From positions 1-64,000 of the forward strand of contig JAQGDQ010000952.1 of assembly GCA_030141605.1 (NCBI GenBank): a stretch of DNA of 64,000 nt, read 5' to 3'. The position numbers were made by a program, and so were the translations under genes. Below, piece after piece: positions 53,558-64,000 of this stretch. The first letter of the stretch is position 1. Each line of letters opens with the position of its first letter. Below the pieces are notes generated by a model. That model did no database searches. It saw only the letters and a program-made list of their open reading frames with translations, and had not been told where the DNA came from. The DNA comes from Tubiluchus corallicola (Eukaryota > Animalia > Priapulida).

Positions 53558-53788
53558 CTATAAAAATGGCAACAATGATAACAACAACAGCAAAACAACG
53601 ATTAAAGTACAAAACTTATAAGAATAGTGAAAGAACTTTTACTGAAAGCATCACGTAAGACAAACTTGCTCACCTATTATAAGGACACTGTTTTCATTAA
53701 ATCTTATGACACATAAATGTATTCAATTGACCACACTGGCTTCATGCTCTGCTGAAACTTGTTAGTCAAAAATTTGAATTTAACTCAC

Positions 53789-54365
53789 CCGACAAGTCAA
53801 TCGTTAGATTATTGTTGCTATTCAGTACATTATTGTGTAGTCTTGGCTCCTTAAGTGTTTCTATAGATGTCCATTCAATGTAAGTGAAGTTCAGCTTTGG
53901 ACTTTGTGTAAAAGACAAGTGCCCAGTAATCGATGTCAGCTGGGAGCAGTTCCAAATAACGAAAACCTCCAGTCTTGTCATTGCTTGAAATGCCATAGAG
54001 TCAATTGTCTCTAAAGCAGTGAGGTTATACAAGAATAATAACCTGGTGTCAGCTGCTATACTGGTTTCATTGATGCGTTTCAGCTTCTTGGAGTCACTAA
54101 TGGACAAAGTCTCGATCTTTTTTCCTGCCAAAAATTTGTCTGGAAATTCACTGCTTGAATAGTTGTAAATCCAGAGCTCGTGGATATCTTTTGGTATTGT
54201 GTTTGATATATTCTGTACGTCTGATAGGAACAAATTTCCCCAAAAGCAATACATATGTGGCCAATCATAGCATTCGCACTGCCAATGATCATCACATGTG
54301 CTCGATCCACTACACACCGTGATCAGAGACATCAGATAAAATCCAAGTTTGATTGGCAACTTCAT
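53789..54365 (-). CDS. LRR cell-surface protein, exon 1 (signal peptide, Cys-rich LRRNT, LRRs)
   Basis: MKLPIKLGFYLMSLITVCSG signal, C..CEC..C cap, LxxLxI repeats; donor TCG G|gtgagt. Confidence 0.85.
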
Positions 54366-54497
54366 CTGTGGCACAAATAATTGGAACAGCAACAAATTCA
54401 AAGTTGTCTCTTCTGAAATGGTCCAGCCACGTTTCTCAACTTGAACCAAGCTAAGATTAATTCACAGTTTCAGTTTTGTCGTGTAGAATAAAAGCAG

Positions 54498-54505
54498 ATT
54501 TATAG
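54498..54505 (-). promoter_or_regulatory. Possible TATA box for the LRR gene
   Basis: TATAAAT on the - strand about 135 nt upstream of the ATG; AT-rich context, so weak evidence. Confidence 0.25.
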
Positions 54506-55514
54506 ATCACTAATAATTGTCTAGTTTGTTGTAAGTAACTAAGACCGAGCAATAATAGTTCTAATAGTAATTCACAATTAGCAGCACTTGGTATAGAAAC
54601 TTTAGTAATAAGGCAACAAACTTTCATCCAAATTTCACCACAAAGTAACGAAGAATGCTGCCAGTACTGAGCTGCTTTTAAATATTTCTCCAAATGATGG
54701 TAAAATATTTTGTATCCTTCTTTTAAATTGAAACTGCCTTTCCTGAGTCACTGGTGTTGATAAAACTTGCACACGTTCCATTATTTTGTGCATATCATAT
54801 CACGTGTTTAAAAGTTAATACTTTGAAATTAGGTTTGTTTATGCAAAGTGCCTGTTTTGAGCATAATATAGACATTAACTGTGTACCAGAAACATTTTTT
54901 TTTGTGTAGTATTCATCAAAATGCGTAAAAGATCAAGTTTACTGTGATATAAGTAATTTTCATTGTGTGCAGAAATTATATTTGGGAATTTACAAAACGC
55001 GTGCATTTGAAATATGGGTGTGTGAAAGGTACGAATGACTAATACGTATAGAAAATCTACCTGTAGACCTAATATACAATCTGCATATAACGTACTATGT
55101 TTTTGTTAATTTATCATAACTATACATTTGCTGCAAATACAAAACCATATCTTAGGTAACAATTTATTACAACATTTCAACTTGTAACACCCACGAAAAT
55201 GATCAGTGAATTAGTGATCATGAATTATTAATGCTTACTAACCACATCAGAATGGGAATTTTAAAGTACGTCACTAAATTTTCCACACAAAGTTTATGAC
55301 TTTGCATTAATCTTACCTGCCTCAAAGACTTGTGTAACCAGAATAGAAAATTCCTAACAAAATAACAAGTTATCGCTCATGCTAGAAATTAAATAACCAT
55401 AAATCCGTAAGAGAGATGTGCAGGCTGATATGTCAGCTAAGGGTGTCATAACGTTGTGATTCGCCTTTACATACAGCAATTATTGTGAAATATTTTACTA
55501 AGTTGTATGAAGAG

Positions 55515-56459
55515 TGCAGTTGCAATGTATATGGCCTCCAATCAATTATCATACTATTTTAATATAGTTGTATGTAAATAAAACACACTGTGGTAGTTTC
55601 TTCTCCTTCTTCCTATCCCTAATCTTACTATTTTTCCCATTCCATTATTTCTTCTGACCCTAACCATTCTTTCATTCACTCATCCTCCCTTCCCTCTCTC
55701 TCCCTTCCTTCTCTCCCTTCCCTTCCTTCTACCTATCTCTAATCTTACTATTTTTCCATTCCATCATGTCTACTAACCCTAACCATTCTTTCATTCACTC
55801 ATCCTCCCTTCCCTTCTTTCTTCCTATCCCTAATCTTACTATTTTCTTCCATTCCATCATGTCTACTAACCCTAACCGTTCTTTCATTCACTCATCCTCC
55901 CTCCCTTCCTTCTTCCTATCTCTAATCTTACTATTTTCTGCCATTCCATCATGTCTACTAACCCTAACCGTTCTTTCATTCACTCATCCTCCCCTCCCTT
56001 CCTTCTTCCTATCTCTAATCTTACTATTTTCTTCCATTCCATCATGTCTACTAACCCTAACCGTTCTTTCATTCACTCATCCTCCCCTCCCTTCCTTCTT
56101 CCTATCTCTAATCTTACTATTTTCTTCCATTCCATCATGTCTACTAATCCTAACCGTTCTTTCATTCACTCATCCTCCCCTCCCTTCCTTCTTCCTATCT
56201 CTAATCTTACTATTTTCTTCCATTCCATCGTGTCTACTAACTCTAACCATTCTTTCATTCACTCATTTGTGCCACCTTAACAAGCCCAGCTTTCAAGGTG
56301 TCATACAGCAACTCTTTTACTTGGTTAATTTGACTTTGTCAATGTTTTTTTACCTATACTGTTTCTTTTTTTTCAATAATATTGTATGTTGATGTATTGT
56401 ATATGTATTGCTGGAGTGAAATAAAATGAACTGATTTGATCTGATTTGATTAGATTTGA
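55515..56459 (+). mobile_element. Second copy of the LINE 3' UTR with the ~93-bp tandem array
   Basis: Highly similar to 50878-51950, including the terminal ~170 bp. Confidence 0.75.
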
Positions 56460-57071
56460 AAATCTATAACATCTAATTATTTAATGCTTTCAGTTAGTTA
56501 ATCAATTACTTAATTATTCATATATTTGCTTTTCGAGAATATAACGAGCATCTACTTTTCAAAACTCAAAAAGCTAGCTTGTGAAAAGTATACATCTGCC
56601 TGCATCGCGAGTCTTTCGTTATATTATCATTGTACTAGGGTGATCATCTTAACCCGTGTTACAAGCTAGCGTGTCCCAAACAAGTGAAATACCTCGCGTT
56701 CAGCACGCTTAATAAAATAAAACTCGAGTCGTTTTATTGCACTGAAAACATAATTTATTTTGCAATAACAACTTGGATTCTATTGCTTGTATGACTAGTA
56801 TGGGGTTTGATTAATAAACATTAAGTCAGTTATGAAATGCAGTAATTACGTGAAGTTGTTTACAACTCCGAAGTTTTATGTTACCAATTTACAAAAATGA
56901 ACGCTAATATGTGAACCTACTTGATGTAATATTACAGCATGGGCAATATAACTACAGGGTGTTACATAACATTTTGCTGTGGGTGTCCAGAAACAACGAC
57001 AATTAAAATTAAACGACAATTTATTACGTCAAAATATTGCTGAAACAGTTGCGAATTCACCATACGCTTAA

Positions 57072-57546
57072 AGCACAAGAAAACCTTCCACTTAATAAAG
57101 TTTAAAAAATTCGTCTTGAAATTTTACACCACTTACATACTGTCTTTTTGTATGCAGGGCTTACGTCGACAGTAACGCTGGATAAAATTAGTAAATTTAA
57201 TCCCGCGATGACCGTTAGGCGCAGCCATTTTAATGGTGGGTCGTTTGAAACAAGTTTAGATAACTTTGAGTAAAGTTTGAAAAATAAACAGAGCATGCGC
57301 AGCACACATATTACTAACTAAGTAAAATTTTAAATGTATCTTGTCAATATGATTAAAAATACATTTTTGGTTTTAGCGAGTGGTGCACCTTGGAGGGTGA
57401 GCTAGCGACATTTTAAAATTCGCATCAACATTTTAAATTATTATTTCTAGTTACATAAGTCTTTCCACCAGGCAAGCGAAATGCTAGTAATACAGATTTG
57501 CATGGAAAGTTTTCTGTGACATAATTTAACACCTCCTTTTCTTCCC
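57072..57546. mobile_element. Kolobok-like MITE family A, truncated at a SINE
   Basis: ttaa-agcacaagaaaacc start; homology to 18601-19095. Confidence 0.65.
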
Positions 57547-57957
57547 CTGTATATCGATACTAGGCGGAGGAGCTGCACAAGCAGCCAACGGCTAGAAGGC
57601 GGAGGAGGTCAAGTGACCCAATGGCCATGTGTAGAGGAGCAAATCTTCCAAATCAGGAGTGGAGCCCCGAAGGCAGACCAGTGCACCATGCTCACTGACT
57701 CCGGCAGCTCCTGCAGTCAACCTGGTGCCAAACGTATCGCTCCGCTTTCCTTTGGACTACACCAGGGAGGAAGAGAGTGGGTTCCTGTTGTCTGGGCAAC
57801 TCAGGATCTCCATACACCTTGCCCAGGCGTGCGCCCTGGAGACGTGCAAGGATCGCACTGCTCAGCCACAGTCGACGCTGCAGCTCCATCAATGTGATCA
57901 ATAACTGACTCTCTTGGCGCACACTCCATTGTCTTCCGAGACAGAAGGATGCCAACA
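57547..57957 (+). mobile_element. Headless (5'-truncated) copy of the 5S-SINE
   Basis: Matches 43312-43721 and lacks the 5S part. Confidence 0.85.
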
Positions 57958-58259
57958 ATATATTATGCTATGACCTTATTATGTAATGTGGTAATAACAG
58001 CAAGACTATGTACAACTTGACGACATTTATCGATTGCAAACCTGTTTTGGAGTCGATTTAATTGTTTTTATTCCCATCTACTGAATTAAGTTCGAAATAA
58101 AATGCAGTATACATATTACAGCAGTCAATAAATATTAAACTGACAAATACAACGTCACCTATTCGGTATGTAAGCTTCGCGGAGTTAACCGAAAACTATT
58201 GTTTTGTAAAAATGTTATTTCTACGTTTTTTCCCTTGCTTCCACCACGTAATCTTACTA

Positions 58260-58633
58260 CGGTGTTCCCTCGCTACTTTGCGGTTCGTTTATCGCGGACT
58301 CGCTGTTTCGCGGGTTTTTGCGGTACTCCGTCCAAAGTATTTTTGCACATGCGTAGTACGTGTTGTACAGTAATGTATAGATTTGATGAATTTTGCATAA
58401 AATATCACATTTTTATGAACATTTAAGTAAAGTTTTTTTAAAAGGTATTTGTACAGTATGGGAAAGTTATTAAGGGAATAGGAAAGGGTTATGTATAAGA
58501 GTGTGGGGAGGGTTTATAAAGACTTAAAATAATGTATAACTACTAAAATAAGTATAGCGTCCCTACTTCGCGGAAATTCACTTATCGCGGGTGGGCCTGG
58601 AACGGAACACCCTCGATAAGTGAAGGAACACTG
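58260..58633. mobile_element. Tc1/mariner-pogo-like MITE
   Basis: TA-cggtgttccctcgcta ... taagtgaaggaacactg-TA. Confidence 0.7.
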
Positions 58634-58984
58634 TATGCCTTATACATGATAGCAATTAAAAACGAAGACGTATTACATTATACTGACTGAGCATTTGTCT
58701 TGTAAATGTATATGCGTTGCACTTTTACTTTCAATATTTTTTGCTGTAACTATAAGTATTTGGCTAAGAAAATTGCTGTCATCATCAGTATCGCTCATGA
58801 GTACCAGATTGGTCAAAATGCCCTGTGCTGTCTCCTATCACAGCTGGATTAACGTAACCGTCTCTTAGTTGACCCGTGAAGAAGTCGCTCTCTGCCTTAG
58901 GAAGAATGGCTCCTTTCCTGAAAAACGGTTTCTCTTTGGTTAAAATTATCTTTCTGATTGTGTTGCCGAGTTTGTGTGTAAGGA

Positions 58985-59420
58985 AGTCAGTCAGTCAGCC
59001 GGTCAGTCAGTCAGTCAGTCAGTCAGTCAGTCAGTCAGTCAGTCAGTCAGTCAGTCAGTCAGTCAGTCAGTCAGTCAGTCAGTCAGTCAGTCAGTCAGTC
59101 AGTCAGTCAGTCAGTCAGTCAGTCAGTCAGTCAGTCAGTCAGTCAGTCAGTCAGTCAGGAAGTCAGTCAGTCAGTCAGTCAGGAAGTCAGTCAGTCAGTC
59201 AGTCAGTCAGTCAGTCAGTCAGTCAGTCAGTCAGTCAGTCAGTCAGTCAGTCAGTCAGTCAGTCAGTCAGTCAGTCAGTCAGTCAGTCAGTCAGTCAGTC
59301 AGTCAGTCAGTCAGTCAGTCAGTCAGGAAGTCAGTCAGTCAGTCAGTCAGTCAGTCAGTCAGTCAGTCAGTTAGCCAGCCAGCCAGCCAGTCAGTCAGTC
59401 AGTCACTCAGTCACTCAGTC
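58985..59420. repeat. (CAGT)n microsatellite
   Basis: Direct inspection. Confidence 0.97.
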
Positions 59421-59750
59421 ATGCAACCAACTAACGCACTCACTGCTGGTTCAACTGGTTTAATGGTTTACATGTCTCTAAGCTAAAATCCTGCTCGCGA
59501 ACAAGGGAAAACGTGCTAAATGAGTGAAAAGATCAAGGGGACAGGAGGGCATTTCAAAATGAGACAGTAATTACATGTAGTAATAATTTTTATTTATTTA
59601 TGACAGTATGTAATATCAAGAGAGTACTATAAGAGAGAAAGGTGTCGGATATTGAAACAGCAATCATTTGCGTTAGTAAGTTTGGTTTAGTTTAAATCTA
59701 GTTTATTTGGCTGAAATTAAAACTGATACATGAATCCTTTCATCGTGCAA

Positions 59751-59875
59751 GTGTGGGCCCATGTACGGGCAGAAGTGTGGGCCCATGTACGGGCAGAAGT
59801 GTGTGCCCATGTACGGCCAGAAGTGTGCGCCCATGTACGGGCAGAAGTGTGGGCCCATGTACAGGCTGAAGTGTA
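59751..59875. repeat. 24-bp minisatellite, about 5 copies
   Basis: Unit gtgtgggcccatgtacgggcagaa. Confidence 0.9.
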
Positions 59876-60044
59876 GACAAAAAAGTAAAATAAATACAGA
59901 CAAACACAAATACATATACATACAAAGTAAGCAGATGAATAACATAAATATTTGACTAACTGTCACTAAATATCTTAAAATTTACCGTAAATGGATAAAA
60001 TGGATCCAGAAGACTGATCACATTGAAACGTAAAGTGCACTTAA

Positions 60045-60657
60045 AGCAAAACCGGACCCAATCTTAAACTGTAGGTCAAAACATTCTATCCTTTAAAATA
60101 TTGAAAGGAAATATAGAATTTTTTCAAAAATGACTTAGGTGAAAGAATTATTACTACATAAACGCAATTTCATGTTCACGTCACTAGTTCTCCGCTGTTA
60201 CATGCATTTCTATTCGCTTGTTAGACAGGCACTAAAGACTGCCTTTCGAAAACGCTTTGCACAAAAAACAGGTGCTGTACCTCTAACTTTACATGTGTCG
60301 GTTTATGACGAACAACACACGTTCGACAGCTCATGCGTGAGCACAGCTATCAATTTGAAATTTTAAATTTATGTTAAAACTTGCCTAATTTTAGTACAAC
60401 ACACTGAATATCTTACAGTAGTACTGTACTTCAATTTTCGCTTTCGCAAACACGTGCAACACGCTCGTGGGATATTTTTGCTGATAAGTCATGTTAGTTT
60501 GTGATGTCATCAATAGCTGAGCTCGCCCAGCGTTAATTAAGTTTCAAATCTATTATTTAATTATCATAAACGCTTTTCTAGTATAGATGTGTTAAAATGT
60601 ATAATTTATATCGGACATGAAAATGGGGTAGTATATGAGAAATCATCCTGTCTTCCT
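60045..60657. mobile_element. Kolobok-like MITE family C
   Basis: ttaa-agcaaaaccggac ... atcctgtcttcct-ttaa; related partial copy from about 61663. Confidence 0.6.
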
Positions 60658-60793
60658 TTAACGTAATTTTGAATGCAATCAAAAATGTTAGTTAATATCA
60701 ACATTTAAAATCATCACTTCCGCAAAGATACAATGACAGCAGTTCGCGATTTCTGTAAAATGTTGATATTAATGGCAATAATAAGTTATTTAA

Positions 60794-61264
60794 CCCTTTC
60801 ATACCGGTTGTATCCCGTGGGATACGAGAATATTTTCTGCCTTTAAAATTAATAAAATTTTAAAACTGAGAGTTATTTTTTTATTTGATCTGTTAATAGT
60901 TATTTTGATTTAAGCCAATAACAATAGACTAAAAATGGTGATAAAATGGCAAACTAGAAAATCTACATAGCATAAAAAACTGCTCAAGGTACAGTACTTT
61001 AGAGACGACTTTGTACAGATCAGCATAGCATGCATACTAAATGTCTTAAATACCTTAAAAAAGTATCAGCAGTTGCAAAATGAAGCACATTTTATGCTTC
61101 CATTGAATCCCAATGTATCCCGTGGGATACAGGCTATATTTAGCACAGGGAGAAAAAAATTATTATTATGTGTAAACATAAGTACTGAACAAAGGACATA
61201 CTGAACAAAAGTACCAAGACAAAATTTGTTTTCTTATAAAAAAAATAATTTGGGACTGAAAGGT
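60794..61264. mobile_element. piggyBac-like MITE, second copy
   Basis: TTAA-ccctttca...tgaaaggt-TTAA; reverse complement of 20663-21099. Confidence 0.8.
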
Positions 61265-62011
61265 TTAAACAAAATAAGCACATAGACGATCCCAGTTCAC
61301 ACACAATTCATTTTTATTGTTTATAATAATTGTGTCCTGTTACTGAAACATTTAAAAAATGCAAGAAAATTGGAGAATCTCTGAATCGCTTCAACCTAAT
61401 AATAAGTTTAGTTTGTCATAATCTAATAGGTAAATAAACTAACCTATGCACTTATTTATTTTGGAGTCGAAAACGTGGCACTCCCTTCATGGCTGCAGTG
61501 AAGAAACTCTTACCTATTTTTCACACAGCCTTCTAAGCAGGTAGGATAGCAGTTGCTATGCAGGCAGATTTCGTAATTCTAAACTGGCAGCAAATTTCCT
61601 GACAAGTCAGAAAATGCTTAAAAACCCTTTAGTGGCAAGAAACAATGCTCTCATAACCACTAAAGGAAAACCAGGATCAAGATCCAAGTTTAAACTATAG
61701 GTCCAACAATCTACTCTCCAAAACATTGAAAGCAAACATACTATTTTTTCAAAAATGACTTGCGTGAAAGAATTATTACCAGACAAACACAATTTCACGT
61801 TAACGCCACTAGTTCTTCACGGTTACATGCATTTTGCCCTTGCATCTAGTGCTAGCGCCTGCATTGTAAAAAAGGTGCTGTACCTCTCATTTCACATGTG
61901 TCCGTTGTGACTTAGTATATTAAGTTCGAGAGATCAGCCATGAATTTGAAATTTGAATTTAAAACTTTAAGCTTAAAGTTTTTGTATATAACCCTGAGTA
62001 AACAGTCAAGC

Positions 62012-62162
62012 TAACAGCTACTGACGTCGTGAATGCTGTCACCATAGTAACAGCTACTGACGCCGTGAATGCTGTCACCATAGTAACAGCTACTGACGCC
62101 ATGAATGCTGTCACCATAGTAACAGCTACTGACGCCATGAATGCTGTCACCATAGTAACTGC
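62012..62162. repeat. 36-bp minisatellite, about 4 copies
   Basis: Unit taacagctactgacgccatgaatgctgtcaccatag. Confidence 0.9.
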
Positions 62163-63241
62163 CACTCATCGAAACGCAAAATGTGGGAAACATGATTTTC
62201 TCTGACATTTTATCCCATTTTGGCAATTTCTTCAAACCATAATGAATTTTTGGCTTATTTGGTGTGCGATATTGCCTCACCGGATAATTAATGCGGTCAA
62301 CATCAATCCGTCAAAATGGATGGAATTACTACCAAATGTTATAACAGACAAAGTTCCACTTCATTCCTTAGCAATACCAGGTATATCGTTTTACTTCTTT
62401 ATTTTATTTTGAACTATAAAATATTAGCGTTTCTAAATTGGTTTGCGCAAAAGAATAACAACATTGCGCTTAACATCTGTTCCAGTGTGGTAGCGTTTTT
62501 AATTGTTATTTCTTCTCATTTAGGTTCAGCTAACTCGTTCACGTATCCATTCACCAGTAAATCTCACCAGGGACCAGATGATTGCTTATTAAAAGAATAT
62601 TTGTTTGGCAAGCGTGTCGTATTGGTTAGAAAGTATTTTTATTCTTAGTTGCATAATGTAGAAGAGACAAAAACTCATTCAGAGTTATAGATTTTTCATT
62701 CCTCAATTACCATTATTTTCTACAAACTCATTGTCTCACCGAAAAAATGGAACTATTAGAAATATTAGAAATACTAATAGATCATTCTACTGATCAACAA
62801 AGTCATTTTTAATGTCCGTCTGTGTGCTTGGAAAAATTACAAGTTTGATATTAATAGTCAAAGTCATCATTATTGCCACCGAGTATTGATCCAACACCTT
62901 TCAGTTTTATATGCAGAACAGCTCCAATGTGTTTCTTGTTGCAGTATTTTAACCATCTTAGGCTGTCTTGCGAAAACACTATCTTTATCTACTAAATACT
63001 GAAAAGGACAATTGTCTAAGCAGTGGTCAGCCATTGCTATGATGCTATTGCTCTAAAGAAATCAAGTGCTACATTCTAGCTTCGTTCACAACAATGTCTT
63101 CTGTAATTTTGCATAAATTCCCTTGTAAATGAACAAATGGTATATATGTGTGACTTTCGTGTGCTTAATCTTATGCTGCGTTGGACTTTTTATCTAATTT
63201 AAACACCTTTTTAAAATGTAGTCATATTTATTGTTTTGCAG

Positions 63242-64000
63242 AGCTGGTGCAAATGTCAGGATTTGACCCCTACTGAACAACTGACACGAGGCGTGCGCTA
63301 CTTTGAAGGTAAAATTGGTTACTCAGATGAGCAGCCACCAGCCCTTGATCAAAACGTTAATTTCACACACGGTCTTTTTGGTAAAAGTGTAATTGAGGTG
63401 ATGGTCGATATAAATGAGTTTTTGATACTTCATCCGAAAGAAGTTGTGATTATTGACTTTACTAGTTTTTACGGCATCGAATCAGAACTGCACAGTGAAA
63501 TCATCCATCAGGCTAAGCACCTGTTTCAGCACTTATTAGTACCTCCACCGAAACAACGAAAATTTTACACTCTGAGGGACCTTTGGATGAATCATCAGCA
63601 GGTCATTCTCATTTACCACCATCCTATAGCCGAGGAATATGCGGAATTTGTCTGGCCAGGACGCTATGTGGATCGCACTGCAGTAGATGCAGTAGAAAAA
63701 ATAGCTAGTGTAGACATACGAGAATTGATCGACAACCTAAAAACAATGTACGCTGACTGGCCAAGATCAAAGGATAAATTTCAAATTACTCCAGCTTTTT
63801 TGCCAGCTCGGAATGTTGACCAAACCACCGTTGCAAAGAAGGCGAACGGAGGGGACATTAACGTTAAACAAGCGTATGGCCGTAATATGAATAAAAATGT
63901 CGCTGAGTGGTTTAACTCAGGCCAAGTTTCAGCAGGAAGTACATATATCAATATCGTAACGATGGATTACATGCATCTTAGTGGACTGATTGAAGCTACA
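63242..64000 (+). CDS. PI-PLC X-domain-containing protein (PLCXD-like), large exon running off the window
   Basis: ttttgcag|AGC TGG; 253 open codons: SWCKCQDLTPTEQLTRGVRYF...FTHGLFG...INEFLILHPKEVVIIDF...TLRDLWMNHQQVILIY...INIVTMDY. Absent from the ORF track because there is no stop in the window. Confidence 0.85.

Overview
This is repeat-rich, intron-containing genomic DNA from an animal, probably an invertebrate; the taxon cannot be fixed from the sequence alone. Four host genes can be reconstructed by eye from phase-consistent GT-AG splicing. (1) The 5' part of a melatonin-receptor-like class A GPCR on the - strand, with exons at 21412-21239, 8083-7966 and 6911-6791 ending at an NR(Y) motif; the rest probably lies left of the window. 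(2) A complete 4-exon, 358-aa orphan 7TM receptor on the - strand (49206-40645). (3) A 2-exon, 391-aa protein with signal peptide, LRRs, LRRCT, Ser/Thr stalk and a GPI-like tail on the - strand (54365-52959). (4) A PI-PLC X-domain (PLCXD-like) exon on the + strand, running from 63242 off the right edge, with an altered catalytic motif. The rest is microsatellites, minisatellites, 5'-truncated LINE ends (L2/Crack-like, RTE-like), TTAA-, TTA- and TA-flanked MITEs, and local inverted duplications. Most ORFs in the supplied track are repeat artefacts. The most notable non-genic features are a 5S-rRNA-headed SINE with an RTE-like body and tail (3 copies, two with TSDs), a chimeric retroposon bounded by a 20-bp TSD, and several satellites visibly born from pieces of transposons. 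All family assignments are by motif recognition only; no database search was run.
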